A stretch of 64,000 nt of DNA from IMG/VR virus record IMGVR_UViG_3300008267_000012, one strand, 5' to 3'. The notes below the pieces were generated by a model. The model worked only from the letters and a program-made list of their open reading frames with translations. It made no database searches and had not been told where the DNA came from. Below, piece by piece: positions 1 to 10,887 of this stretch (within the stretch, counting starts at the first letter, position 1; every line of letters starts with the position of its first letter). The position numbers were made by a program, and so were the translations under genes. This stretch comes from a virus (Duplodnaviria; Caudoviricetes).

Positions 1-393
1 TATTATCATTTATTTAGTGAGAATGTAGATTATCAAAAGGTAGAGGTATGCAAAGAGTTTATGATTGATTATACTAAGTTATTCATAAACTCTTTTTTAG
101 GTTTTGATGCTTTTGATAATCAAGAACAGATTGATGAATATATTAAATGGTGTTTCAATAAAACATCAGAAGAATATAAAAAGATATATAATTTTGATTT
201 TACAAATAGAGAAAAACTATTGTTGTATTTTACAACATACTCAAATGAAATCATAACAAAAGATGTAGACTTAAATATATTTGTAGATAAACTTATTAAA
301 GTTATCAAAGAAAGATTTTATATTTACAAAAATAAAAATGAAAAAGATTTAAGAGATTTTATAAATTTGTATTTCCTTTTTTTTAAAAAATAA
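1..393 (+). CDS. Hypothetical protein, 5'-truncated by the window edge
   Basis: Frame 1 is open from position 1 through the ATG at 61 to TAA at 391-393. Confidence 0.7.
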   Translation, partial: YYHLFSENVDYQKVEVCKEFMIDYTKLFINSFLGFDAFDNQEQIDEYIKWCFNKTSEEYKKIYNFDFTNREKLLLYFTTYSNEIITKDVDLNIFVDKLIKVIKERFYIYKNKNEKDLRDFINLYFLFFKK

Positions 394-398
394 ATATT

Positions 399-674
399 AT
401 GAAAGCAAGATATTTTACTTACGCAGAAAAACCAAAACCTGTTTATTACCTAACTGATATCAGGGGAGAAATGTATCCAAATCATTCAATTGAAAATTTT
501 AACAAAGAATTAGAAAAATGGTTAGCTAATCCTGATGTTGTTATAGTTGATGATAGAGAAATGACATATTCAAATGGACAAGTTGAAATGTCACAAATTG
601 AAAAGTATTTAGATAAATTGGAACAACTAAAAAGACAAATTGAAGAAATAGAAAAAAAAGATAACGATGAATAA
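399..674 (+). CDS. Hypothetical protein (91 aa)
   Basis: Intact ORF in a tightly packed operon; C-terminal coiled-coil-like segment. Confidence 0.75.
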   Translation: MKARYFTYAEKPKPVYYLTDIRGEMYPNHSIENFNKELEKWLANPDVVIVDDREMTYSNGQVEMSQIEKYLDKLEQLKRQIEEIEKKDNDE

Positions 675-870
675 AGAAGAACAAAATGAAATTAATTTCC
701 TTAAAGAAGAAGAAATAAGGGAAGAGAAATTTTGGAAAGGTTATTCAAATAAATTAAAAGAACAAGTTCTTTCTGAAAATATTTTTCAAGAAGTTGAAAA
801 ATTTAAATCATTGAAAACCAAAGAGAATAAAAACTTTTTTAAAAAATTCCTCAAAACTTTAGGATTTTAA
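667..870 (+). CDS. Hypothetical protein (67 aa)
   Basis: Overlaps the upstream stop by 8 nt. Confidence 0.65.
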   Translation: MNKEEQNEINFLKEEEIREEKFWKGYSNKLKEQVLSENIFQEVEKFKSLKTKENKNFFKKFLKTLGF

Positions 871-900
871 TCTTATATTTAAGGCATAAATTTTAATGTT

Positions 901-1062
901 ATGCCAGTATCAAAACAAAGAAAAAATCAAAAGAAAAAAAGTACCGCTAGAACAAATAGATTAAAGACTGAGGCCAAAGTAATTACTAAAAAATTCTTAG
1001 AGAATTATAATAAGGTTATGGAAGCTAGAAATAAATCTGTTGAATCTAAAACTGAAGAATAA
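901..1062 (+). CDS. Small basic protein (53 aa, MPVSKQRKNQKKKST...)
   Basis: Read manually (below ORF-track cutoff); its TAA overlaps the next ATG (TAATG). Confidence 0.7.
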   Translation: MPVSKQRKNQKKKSTARTNRLKTEAKVITKKFLENYNKVMEARNKSVESKTEE

Positions 1063-2150
1063 TGCATTTTATTAACAATTTGGAATCACCTAAGTTTGAT
1101 TTCCATGATATTGCTTTAGTTCCATCCATACTATCAAAAATAGAATCAAGGACTGAAGTTAAAATACCATACCCACTTCCGTTGATGGCATCTCCAATGA
1201 ACTCTGTTTTATCAATTAAAAAAGAAAACAGATTTCATGAAGAGTTTTTAAACTACTTGTTAAAAGAAATGATGGTCTGTGTTCCAAGAAATTACGAATA
1301 CAGTACATATACTGAATTATTTAAATATAGTAGTTTAAATAAAATGATGTTTAAGTCAATATCATTACAAGAATTTAGATTAATTGAAACACATTTTGAT
1401 ACATTTCAAAATCTTATACTTGATTCTGAGTGTATTCTTGTTGATATTGCTAACGGTCATATGCGTAAACTTTTAGATTTGTCTAAAATCTTTATTAAAA
1501 AGTTTAAAGATAAAAAATTAATGATTGGTAATATTGCTAATCCTCACACATATGATGAATTTTCTAAAATTGGTGTCCATTATTGTCGTATCGGTATTGG
1601 TGGTGGTAGTGTTTGTACAACAAGTGCTAATGCTTCAATTCATTATCCAATGGCATCATTGATTTATGAGTGTGCTAGAATAAAACAAGCAAATGCACAT
1701 AAATCTCTAATTGTAGCTGATGGTGGATTCAAAAACTTTGCTGACATTATTAAAGGTCTTGCTCTTGGTGCTGACTATATTATGCTTGGTGGAATTCTAA
1801 ATAAATGCTTAGATTCCGATTCTCATCCATATCTTTGGAAAAAATTTAAGATTACCAATATGTCTTTAGCCAAATGGCTTTATAAAAATAAATTTTCATT
1901 ATACAAAAGGCATGTTGGTATGTCCACAAAAGAAGTACAAAAGATTTGGGGTAATTATAAACTCAAAACATCTGAAGGTATTGCCAAATGGAATAAAGTT
2001 GAATATACCTTTGATGGATGGATTGAAAACTTTAATGATTACTTGAAAAGTACAATGAGTTATTTGAATTGTACAAATTTGGAAGAATTAAAAGAAAGGG
2101 CTACCTTTGCATTCATTACCGAAAATTCATTTAGGAGATTTCATAAATAA
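1062..2150 (+). CDS. GMP reductase / IMPDH family protein (GuaC-like)
   Basis: VDIANGH, GNIA, catalytic loop RIGIGGGSVCTT, VADGG, LGADYIMLGG, GMST...SEG; no CBS domain. Confidence 0.85.
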   Translation: MHFINNLESPKFDFHDIALVPSILSKIESRTEVKIPYPLPLMASPMNSVLSIKKENRFHEEFLNYLLKEMMVCVPRNYEYSTYTELFKYSSLNKMMFKSISLQEFRLIETHFDTFQNLILDSECILVDIANGHMRKLLDLSKIFIKKFKDKKLMIGNIANPHTYDEFSKIGVHYCRIGIGGGSVCTTSANASIHYPMASLIYECARIKQANAHKSLIVADGGFKNFADIIKGLALGADYIMLGGILNKCLDSDSHPYLWKKFKITNMSLAKWLYKNKFSLYKRHVGMSTKEVQKIWGNYKLKTSEGIAKWNKVEYTFDGWIENFNDYLKSTMSYLNCTNLEELKERATFAFITENSFRRFHK

Positions 2151-2155
2151 CAATA

Positions 2156-5100
2156 ATGACAATAAAAGAAAAGATTACCTACAAAACATTTAAAGATGAA
2201 GAGGTAGAAAGGTTTTTAAATGGTAGAAACATAAACCAAAAACATATTGTATGTATTGAAGGTAGTTCTTATTCTAATGTTGTCCAATTAGTTATTGATG
2301 ACCCTGAGAACAATAAAAAGTATATTAAGTCTGAAGAATATAAACCATTCATTTATGTCAAGGACTTAAAAAAACTTGGTATTCCTTTCTATAAAGATAG
2401 AAAAGATGAATATCGGGAGAATATGACAAAATATGGTATAACATTTAAAAAGTTAAAAATTACAGATAACAATGGTGCTGTAGTTGAAAGACTTGAAAAT
2501 GGGTATACACATATTGTTTATACGGATTCTATTTATGGAATGAGAGATTTACTTGCTTTCTTTAGGCATGGCGGTCTTGACATATATTGGAAATCAACTG
2601 AAACATTCACCACAAATTTGTTTACTCCCGATACCAAAGGGGGTAAACCTTTTGTATTTGATTCTAATAATGATAGTATATTATACAATACTGTTTCAGA
2701 GAATTATGAAATCATTATTAGAAATGTTAATAAAGTTGTTTATAATTCAATTCAAATAAAATATAGTGGCGAATTTACAGAAGAAAAATCTGATGATGAA
2801 GATAATGATAATCTAGATGATTTAATTAATGAGCAACCTAAAATAACCGTTCAATCAAATACATTAAAGAAATTAGCATTATTTCATAATTATGAAATCT
2901 TTCATGATGAAAGTGAAAATGTATATAGAATTATCTTTAAAGATAAATTAATTGAAGGTGAAAAGATAAATATATTTTATGAAATAGGTAATAGAAATTT
3001 ATTTTATACATTAAAACCTGAAGAACAATATTTAATTCAAAGAGGTGTTCGTATGTTTAATGGTTATAAAACATACGATGAAATACATAAACTTGTATTT
3101 GATATTGAAACTACAGGTCTCTATCCTAATAAGGATAGAATCTTTGCTATTGGTTGTAAAGATAATCGTAAATTTGTTTCAATTAACTTTGTTAATGAAA
3201 TGGATAATGATGAACAAGAAAAACAATTAATAATAAAATTTTTTAATATAATTAAAAAACTAAAACCTGCAATTATTTTTGGTTATAATAGTGAGGACTT
3301 TGATTTTAACTTCATATTAAGAAGAGCTGAAATATTAGGGTTAGATATATTAACATTAACAACAACTTATACTAATGATAAAACAATTAAAAGAATTGAA
3401 AACTCATCATTAAAAGTTGGTAATGAATCAAAATACTATACCAAAACATCCATGTTTGGTTATAATGTTTTAGATATAATTCATGCGGTATGGAAAACAC
3501 AAGCAATCAACTCAAATATGAAAGAAGCAGGTTTGAAATATGTTTGTAAATTTGCAGGTATTGCCAAACCTAATCGTATGTATGTTAAGAATGGTGCTAA
3601 GATTTTCCAAATGTGGAAAGAAGATAAATTCTATATCAATAAATCTGAAACTAATGAGTATGAATTAATACCCGATGAACATCAAAATGATGTTATATCA
3701 TATCTTAATACAAAACCTGATTATGATAAAGTAATAACAGGTAGTGAAATTATTGAGCAATATCTTGAAGATGACTTATGGGAAACATTGCAAGTTGATA
3801 AAATCTATAATGAATCAACATTCATGCTTGCAAAACTTCTTCCTACATCATTAGAAAGAACCGCTACAATTGGTGGTGCAGGTTCATGGAATCTTATTAT
3901 GACCGCTTGGAGTTATGAGAATGAACTTGCTATTCCTGTAACACCTAATAAAAGAGATTTCACAGGTGGTCTATCAAGAACATTCAAAGTTGGTTACTTT
4001 GAAAATATTTATAAGGAAGACTATGCAGGTCTATATCCATCTATTCAACTTGAACATTATGTATTTCCAAAACATGATGTAACCAATATCTTATTTAGAT
4101 TATTAAGTTATTTTAAGTTTACAAGGGATAAATATAAAAAGTGGGCAAAGGATGAAACACTACCTGAATCAGATAGGAAGTTTTATGATGCTCTACAACT
4201 TCCAATTAAAATTCTTAACAACTCAAACTTTGGTGCGTTTGGTTCTGAATATTTTAATTGGGCAGATTTTGATTGTGCTGAACGCATTACTTGTACAGGT
4301 AGACAATACCTCAGAAGAATGATTCATTATTTTATGAAATTCGGTGCAATCCCAATTACAGAGGATACTGATGGTTGTAACTTCTCTGTACCTGAATATA
4401 CAAATGTTGATTTAGATTTTAATACACTAGCAATACCAATTAAAATTGATGATTTAAGATATGAATATGAAGGTATAACATATAAGGGTGTTGATGCAAT
4501 GGTTGAAAAGTTTAATAATGAAATCATTGCAGGACAATATATGAAACTTGATAATGATGGTATGTGGATATCTGCTGCTAACTTTTCAAGAAAGAATTAT
4601 GCAAACCTTGAATATTCAACACTTGAAGATAAGAATAAGAAAAAGATATTTAATATTCCAAAAGAATATTTAAGTAAAGAAGATGAATACCTTAAAGAAT
4701 ACGCAGAGAAGAATTCTTACTTGGCAGAAGATACCAAGAATCTTAAAATTAAAAAGTCCAAGCCAAAGGTCACAGGAAACACAATCAAATCAAAAACCAT
4801 GTCGGAATACATTGAGGATTTTGTCAATCAAGGAATTAAACTTATCCTCACCAATAAACCTAAAGAGTTTATAGAATTCTATTATGAGTATTTGACAAAG
4901 ATTTATTGTAAACAAATTCCTATTAAAAAGATAGCATCCAAATCAAGGTTAAAACAAACTGTTGAAGAATATCAAAACAGAGGTACAGATATTAATGGTA
5001 AGGCAAAAGCTAAACAAGCACACATGGAACTTGTCATTGCTAATAATATCAATACAAGTGGTATGGACTTTATTTATTATGTAAATAATGGTACTGCAAA

Positions 5101-5797
5101 ATCTCATGGTGATGTATCTATCAATAAAAAAACAGGAATGTATAATTCATATGTAATTACTGAAAGTGAATTAAAAAACAATCCTGATATGCTTGGTGAA
5201 TATAATGTTGCTCGTTATGTTAATAACTTTAATAAACGTGTAACTGCTTTATTAACTGTATTTCCTGAGAAAATAAGAGATACTTTAATAAAAGAAAAAC
5301 CAATGGATAGAGAGTATTATTCAGACAGCGAAATCCAATTAGCAAATTTTGATAGAGATTCTATTGAAGATTTCTTTTACTTAGAAGAAAAGGAAGTTAA
5401 GTTTTGGAACAGAACAGGACTTAGACCTGATGATATATTCAAAGATTTTAAATGTGATTATGAAATCAAATCAAATGAATATTATCAGAAATACTTTGAA
5501 ATAAAAGAAAAGATTAAAGGTTTAGGTATAACATCTAAACTAAAAATGCAACATCAAAGATATAAGAAAGAAGATATTATTCTTTTACTTAAAAAGGGTT
5601 ATACTATTGATAATTTAACCATTGATTTAGAATATAGTAAATATCTCTCTACTGAAAATGTTTACTTACCATTAAAAGGTTATAAAGATTTATATGCAAT
5701 ATATAAACAAACCAAATCAAAGAAAATTGTTGAATATAATAGATTCTTTATTGCTAAAATTATTGATAATAAATTAAATGTGCTTAATGAAGTTTAA
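2156..5797 (+). CDS. Family B DNA polymerase with 3'-5' exonuclease domain
   Basis: ExoI FDIETTGL, ExoII GYNSEDFDF, PolI EDYAGLYPSI, PolII KILNNSNFGAFG, PolIII EDTDG. Confidence 0.95.
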   Translation: MTIKEKITYKTFKDEEVERFLNGRNINQKHIVCIEGSSYSNVVQLVIDDPENNKKYIKSEEYKPFIYVKDLKKLGIPFYKDRKDEYRENMTKYGITFKKLKITDNNGAVVERLENGYTHIVYTDSIYGMRDLLAFFRHGGLDIYWKSTETFTTNLFTPDTKGGKPFVFDSNNDSILYNTVSENYEIIIRNVNKVVYNSIQIKYSGEFTEEKSDDEDNDNLDDLINEQPKITVQSNTLKKLALFHNYEIFHDESENVYRIIFKDKLIEGEKINIFYEIGNRNLFYTLKPEEQYLIQRGVRMFNGYKTYDEIHKLVFDIETTGLYPNKDRIFAIGCKDNRKFVSINFVNEMDNDEQEKQLIIKFFNIIKKLKPAIIFGYNSEDFDFNFILRRAEILGLDILTLTTTYTNDKTIKRIENSSLKVGNESKYYTKTSMFGYNVLDIIHAVWKTQAINSNMKEAGLKYVCKFAGIAKPNRMYVKNGAKIFQMWKEDKFYINKSETNEYELIPDEHQNDVISYLNTKPDYDKVITGSEIIEQYLEDDLWETLQVDKIYNESTFMLAKLLPTSLERTATIGGAGSWNLIMTAWSYENELAIPVTPNKRDFTGGLSRTFKVGYFENIYKEDYAGLYPSIQLEHYVFPKHDVTNILFRLLSYFKFTRDKYKKWAKDETLPESDRKFYDALQLPIKILNNSNFGAFGSEYFNWADFDCAERITCTGRQYLRRMIHYFMKFGAIPITEDTDGCNFSVPEYTNVDLDFNTLAIPIKIDDLRYEYEGITYKGVDAMVEKFNNEIIAGQYMKLDNDGMWISAANFSRKNYANLEYSTLEDKNKKKIFNIPKEYLSKEDEYLKEYAEKNSYLAEDTKNLKIKKSKPKVTGNTIKSKTMSEYIEDFVNQGIKLILTNKPKEFIEFYYEYLTKIYCKQIPIKKIASKSRLKQTVEEYQNRGTDINGKAKAKQAHMELVIANNINTSGMDFIYYVNNGTAKSHGDVSINKKTGMYNSYVITESELKNNPDMLGEYNVARYVNNFNKRVTALLTVFPEKIRDTLIKEKPMDREYYSDSEIQLANFDRDSIEDFFYLEEKEVKFWNRTGLRPDDIFKDFKCDYEIKSNEYYQKYFEIKEKIKGLGITSKLKMQHQRYKKEDIILLLKKGYTIDNLTIDLEYSKYLSTENVYLPLKGYKDLYAIYKQTKSKKIVEYNRFFIAKIIDNKLNVLNEV

Positions 5798-8700
5798 CCA
5801 CCAGGAAATTCAGCAAATGGATTATTATTAAAGAAATTTAAATTTTCTTCTATAATTTGTTTTTGTTCTTCTAGTTGTTGTTTCTCTAATTCTTCTTGTG
5901 TTATAAAATCAAGAGTATTAACATCACCTCTAAATGTAGATGGACCTATATTAGTTGTAGCATTTGTTGTTGCAATACCTGCAAATGTAGGAGGTTGAAA
6001 TGCTGGTAATGGTAATTTCGGTGTATTAATAGGTGGTGGTGTTGATTGTGGAGAATCAGCAGGTTTAGTTTTAACATTAGTTTTCTCTTCTCCACTACCC
6101 TTACCTTTATATTGATAACCTTCTTCTTTTCTAGAAGAAGTAAATCTAACATTCTTATTATATCTACCACTATTAAATGATGTATTAGCAATGAAGCTAG
6201 AATCACTAGCAGTTTGAATTCTATCAATTGGACCTGCAAGAGATTGACCACCAAGAAGAGTTAAATCCATTGTTACTGTACAGTATAATGGAATAACACC
6301 CATACCTTCAGGATTTAAATCCCAAGTTGATTCACTTATATCAAAGTTAATTGACCTTGCAATTGCTTTTGTATGTAAGAAATCACCATAGCGTAAAATA
6401 AACACAGGCATCCTACCAAACACAGTATTTTCAACATTATTGCTATTTCTTAATCTAGAAGGTCTTGTTAATTGATGTAAGAATACATAACGCTTTGTAA
6501 AATCAAATGGTGTTTGACTATTAAACACAGGGGTAAATGTGTTTAATCTTTCAAATCCCATTGGGAATTTATGTGTTTCTTCTATCTTTTCAAAATTTAA
6601 ATTTAATATTGGGTCATTGTTTTGACCTATTACTTTGCTAAAATCACCTTGTCTTATTTTATCTTGAGCGTCATCATTTAATTGTGGGTCAATTGCGGAT
6701 TCAGTATTTGGTGCATTTGCATTTTCACTAAATGTAACTTTAAAGCCTTTCATTTTTGCAAATCTATCGCTTATTTCGTTAGGGTCATTTCTTTTTTCAA
6801 ATGTAGAACCATTAGATAAACTATCACCTTTAGGTTTCAAATTAAAAACTAAAAGAATTTCATTTTGTGCATATATACCTAATTCATATTTTAATTGACC
6901 AGGAATAGGAAGTTCTTTACTATCAGTTGGTACAATATTATCTGGACTTATACTATCTATTGTATATGTTGCAACTGAATTATAAAAAGTTATAAATTCA
7001 GTCATAAATCCATAAGCCCTTGAAAAACTTAAATTTCTATTATAATTTCTTGCTTGAGTTGAACCTCTACTTTTTGAAGCAATTAAATCTGTTGAACTAC
7101 CTTCTATATCTATTTCTATTTTTTCTACACTACCTGAAGCAATTAATTCAATTAATTGGTCAGTAGCTGCCGATATAGTACTTAAAAATGATGCATTAAA
7201 TGCTAATGTTGTTGATGATAATAATGGATTTGGTATTGTACCGTTAGCATCTTTATTAAGTTCTGTACAACTATCTAAAACACTATAATCAACCGAAACA
7301 GTATCAGTATCATAATAACCATTCTTAAAAAAATATTGAACAGGTGCATTAATAAATTTAGTTTCTGCTTTCTGTTTTGTTACTTTATCATTTTGTGTCT
7401 TATCTGTTTCTTGTTTATTATTAATAAATGAATCAACATCAAATAAATAATTTCCACAATTATGTAAATATGCACGGTAATTTTCAAGCGTTGGTTTTAA
7501 ATCCTGCATTTCTTTAACTGTATCAATTAATAAACGAAATGTTAAACTTAAATTTCTTGTAGTATTTTGATATGAGAATATTGGTTCAGGTCTACCAAGA
7601 AAATTCATATCTGTCCAGTTCACAGTATTATTATCCGATATTTTTACATCATATGGTGGAAACCACATCCATCTTCCTCCATTTGGTCCTTGGTCACCAT
7701 CATCATCATTTGTAACTCTTACAGCTAAATTTTCCATAGTAAAGAAATGTCTGCGTCTATCATCTATTGTATCACCATCATATGGTGCTATTTTAGGTAA
7801 AACACTTTCCTTTAATACAGAATTCTTTTCATTATTACCATTAAATCTAATTAACTTACTAAAATTATCGTACTGTTGATAAACCGTAAATGTTCTACAT
7901 TCACCATTACCTTTATAATAAACTATATTTGTATCAACATCAGTATATAATTTTTTTGTATTTTGTGCAATAACTTTATTTTCTTCAGCAAGTTTTGAAG
8001 TAAAATAGATTAATCCTCTTTTAACTTTATGGTCATTTAATATTATTTCTTGCACAGCAGGGTCTGAATCATAAATAAAACTACCATCAGAATCAGCATA
8101 ATATTTTTGTCTTTCAGTAAATTGTCCTGAAGCATCATCTTTATTTTCAAAAATTACAGCCTTTTTTAAACCAATATTTTTTGTTTCATCAACTGGTTTA
8201 TTTGATAAAGTACCAAAACCTTGTCTCCCTTCTAAATTTTTTCTTTCTTGAATATAATCTTTTGTTAAACTTCCTGAAGGTTTTTCATATAATGTAAAAT
8301 AAGATTGCGTATAATATTCAATATCTTTAAATGTATAAAACTCAGTTAATCCTCTATTACCAGCATTTTCAAGATTTAACCACTCACTATCATATGTATT
8401 TTGAAATACTATTGATAATGAAGTCCTATCAGTTATCCAAGGATTTTGAGAATATGTAGAAAAAGTATTTAAATAACCTGTTCTTCTTATTTTATCTTGA
8501 ATTAATTTTCCTGAATAATAAAAATATATATCTGATGAATATTTATATTCAGATACATTTGAATCAGCAGCAAAATTTAATAAATAATTTTCATTACTTC
8601 TATATCCAATTGTTCCTTCTAAAGCCCTATCAGAAAATGTTCTATTTGGGTTTTTATTTGCGTCAGTTATATTTGCATCATGTTTTTTAAAACTACCCTC

Positions 8701-9015
8701 AAAATCAACTGAAAAATCATTTGGTTTTGGAATAAACCCATCAAACATATTATATACGGACCTTCTACCAAATTCTTCCAATAATCTAGTAGCACCAATT
8801 TGTAATAATTGACTATTTTTTGCATCAACCAATCTTTCTACAACATTTAATATTGTATTATTTCTATAGTCAAATCCTGTTATCCTATTTAATAAATCAA
8901 TACTCCTAGTAACAATATCACTACTCAAATCATATGGAGAATCAATTTTATATAAATTACCTTTTAATTGGTTATCTCTCTGTCCTTCTCCTGTTATAGT
9001 AATTGGTGTTGGCAT
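5794..9015 (-). CDS. Large putative virion structural protein (baseplate/tail-tube-like)
   Basis: 1073 aa; motifs FLGRPEPIFSYQNTTRNLSLTFRLLID and LRYGDFLHTKAIARSINFDISESTWDL resemble tube-fold baseplate proteins of large myoviruses; Pro-rich C-terminus. Confidence 0.45.
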   Translation of the reverse strand: MPTPITITGEGQRDNQLKGNLYKIDSPYDLSSDIVTRSIDLLNRITGFDYRNNTILNVVERLVDAKNSQLLQIGATRLLEEFGRRSVYNMFDGFIPKPNDFSVDFEGSFKKHDANITDANKNPNRTFSDRALEGTIGYRSNENYLLNFAADSNVSEYKYSSDIYFYYSGKLIQDKIRRTGYLNTFSTYSQNPWITDRTSLSIVFQNTYDSEWLNLENAGNRGLTEFYTFKDIEYYTQSYFTLYEKPSGSLTKDYIQERKNLEGRQGFGTLSNKPVDETKNIGLKKAVIFENKDDASGQFTERQKYYADSDGSFIYDSDPAVQEIILNDHKVKRGLIYFTSKLAEENKVIAQNTKKLYTDVDTNIVYYKGNGECRTFTVYQQYDNFSKLIRFNGNNEKNSVLKESVLPKIAPYDGDTIDDRRRHFFTMENLAVRVTNDDDGDQGPNGGRWMWFPPYDVKISDNNTVNWTDMNFLGRPEPIFSYQNTTRNLSLTFRLLIDTVKEMQDLKPTLENYRAYLHNCGNYLFDVDSFINNKQETDKTQNDKVTKQKAETKFINAPVQYFFKNGYYDTDTVSVDYSVLDSCTELNKDANGTIPNPLLSSTTLAFNASFLSTISAATDQLIELIASGSVEKIEIDIEGSSTDLIASKSRGSTQARNYNRNLSFSRAYGFMTEFITFYNSVATYTIDSISPDNIVPTDSKELPIPGQLKYELGIYAQNEILLVFNLKPKGDSLSNGSTFEKRNDPNEISDRFAKMKGFKVTFSENANAPNTESAIDPQLNDDAQDKIRQGDFSKVIGQNNDPILNLNFEKIEETHKFPMGFERLNTFTPVFNSQTPFDFTKRYVFLHQLTRPSRLRNSNNVENTVFGRMPVFILRYGDFLHTKAIARSINFDISESTWDLNPEGMGVIPLYCTVTMDLTLLGGQSLAGPIDRIQTASDSSFIANTSFNSGRYNKNVRFTSSRKEEGYQYKGKGSGEEKTNVKTKPADSPQSTPPPINTPKLPLPAFQPPTFAGIATTNATTNIGPSTFRGDVNTLDFITQEELEKQQLEEQKQIIEENLNFFNNNPFAEFPGG

Positions 9016-9079
9016 TAATCTTTTTTCATAAATAGCGTATTTTATTTGTTATATCTATAAAAAGATATATATTTATATT

Positions 9080-9829
9080 ATGGAAAAATTTGAAATATAT
9101 CCTGACACTCTTCCATTTAGTGTAAATTTTGAAGATGCATTGAAATCTTGCAAAATATTAGGGGATAGTTGGAGATTACCAACTAAAGATGAATTAAACG
9201 AAATGTTCAAAAACCATAAAGATAAATTGGGTGATTATGGTGTTTGGTCTTCAACTGAATATAATAATGACTATGCCTGGTCACAAGGATTTACAACAGG
9301 TAATATTTATATAAACCCTAAAACTAATGTTAATAGAGTTAGACCTGTTAGAACTCTAACCTCAGAACTATACGGTCCTGATAGAGGTAGAGATTGGTGG
9401 GCAAATTTAACACCACCTTTAGCACCTTCTGATAATGATGCTTCAATATTTAAAGATTATCTATTAAATGGTACTACACTCTTACTAGGTTGTACTAAAA
9501 ACTTAATACCTTTAAGCGATGCACAAATGGATATAGACCCTTGGTATGTTGCTGATACTGTAATCACACAAGATTGGACAACTAATACTAAATTCTACGA
9601 TAATATTATTGGTGATGGTGTATTAAACTTAGATAAAGAACTTGCTGAAAAAGTATTGGATATGTGTTATAAACATTGTGATAATTTTGTTGTAAGATGT
9701 TTTAATAGGAAACTACCAAATATGACAGTTGCTTCACATTTTCCAAATAAAAAAGACTTTCTTATTCCTCCAACAATAATTGAACAATTTGATGAATACA
9801 CATTTTATATTTGGAATTTTTATAAATGA
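9080..9829 (+). CDS. N-terminal DUF1566/Lcl C-type-lectin-like domain fused to a putative methyltransferase-like domain
   Basis: WRLPTKDELNEM...WSSTEY...AW...RVRPVR; C-terminal half has LLLGCT, MDID and IIGDGVLN. Confidence 0.55.
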   Translation: MEKFEIYPDTLPFSVNFEDALKSCKILGDSWRLPTKDELNEMFKNHKDKLGDYGVWSSTEYNNDYAWSQGFTTGNIYINPKTNVNRVRPVRTLTSELYGPDRGRDWWANLTPPLAPSDNDASIFKDYLLNGTTLLLGCTKNLIPLSDAQMDIDPWYVADTVITQDWTTNTKFYDNIIGDGVLNLDKELAEKVLDMCYKHCDNFVVRCFNRKLPNMTVASHFPNKKDFLIPPTIIEQFDEYTFYIWNFYK

Positions 9830-10860
9830 GTATAAATGAAAAAATAGCATCCGATGTTCAAAGATTATTAACATACTTTGAGCAATCTCAATGGATTCAT
9901 AATGTTGATTATAGTATCTTAAAAGATTTAAAAATAATCACAAGAGAAGACTTGAGAAATATTAAAATGGAAAAGCAGTTTTATAAATGCAAAACATCAG
10001 GTTCAACAGGAGAACCTGTAAGTCTTGAAAAAACTTATGCTGACCTTGTTTGGTATATGGCAACCAATATTAGAGAATTAAGATGGAGAAAATGGGATGT
10101 ATCAAAGAATATTGCAATTATAAAATTTGATTCAAAACCAATAGTAAAAGATTCTTGGGGTATTCCAAAGTCAATTGAACCAATACAAGGTAAAACATTT
10201 ATAAATCATTATCTATCAATATCAGAATTACAATCCTGGCTTGAAGAAGTTAATCCACATTATATTCAAGCAATACCATCCATTATATCTCAATTAGATT
10301 TATCAAAAATAACAAACTTAATTGATTATAAAGGAACAGGTGAAGTAGGTGGTTCAATGTATTCTAGTGAAGAATGTGGAACAATAGCAATACAATGTCC
10401 TGATAATCCATCATTTATGCATGTGATGGAAAATATTATTATAGAAGTTGAAGATGATGGTGCTTTAATTATAACCTGTACAACAAATCCATATATTAAA
10501 AGATATAAACATGGTGACCATATTGAATTAGGAGAGTGTACTTGTAAAAGACAATTACAAACTATTAAAAAAATTAATGGAAGAGTAAGAAATATGTTTG
10601 TTCTACCAAATGGTGATAAGAAATGGCCTCTAATTGGTGCTAAAGATTTTTATGAATTGTTTAAAATTAAAAGATATAAAGCAATTCAAACAACCATAAA
10701 TGACTTAGAACTTCATATAATTGCTGAACCATTAGGTGAAAAAGAAAATGAATTAATTAATCTTGTTCAAAAATATTTAGTTTCACCAATCAATGTTCAA
10801 ATTAAATATGTTGAGAAATTTACAGATTATAAATTTGAAGAATTTGTTTCATTGGTTTAA
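9826..10860 (+). CDS. Adenylate-forming enzyme, phenylacetate-CoA ligase/CapK-like
   Basis: P-loop KTSGSTGEP; YSSEECG; IKRYKHGD; INGRVRNMF; ATGA overlap with the upstream gene. Confidence 0.75.
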   Translation: MSINEKIASDVQRLLTYFEQSQWIHNVDYSILKDLKIITREDLRNIKMEKQFYKCKTSGSTGEPVSLEKTYADLVWYMATNIRELRWRKWDVSKNIAIIKFDSKPIVKDSWGIPKSIEPIQGKTFINHYLSISELQSWLEEVNPHYIQAIPSIISQLDLSKITNLIDYKGTGEVGGSMYSSEECGTIAIQCPDNPSFMHVMENIIIEVEDDGALIITCTTNPYIKRYKHGDHIELGECTCKRQLQTIKKINGRVRNMFVLPNGDKKWPLIGAKDFYELFKIKRYKAIQTTINDLELHIIAEPLGEKENELINLVQKYLVSPINVQIKYVEKFTDYKFEEFVSLV

Positions 10861-10887
10861 AAAAACTATTTATAATAAAATTATATT

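Noticed and set aside
2156-5797. Intein or intron in the long DNA polymerase
   Set aside because: No C/S-start...HN-C/S/T splice motifs or LAGLIDADG blocks seen; the extra length is N-terminal and low-complexity.
9080-9829. Complete diversity-generating retroelement
   Set aside because: No reverse transcriptase and no second copy of the putative variable region within the window.
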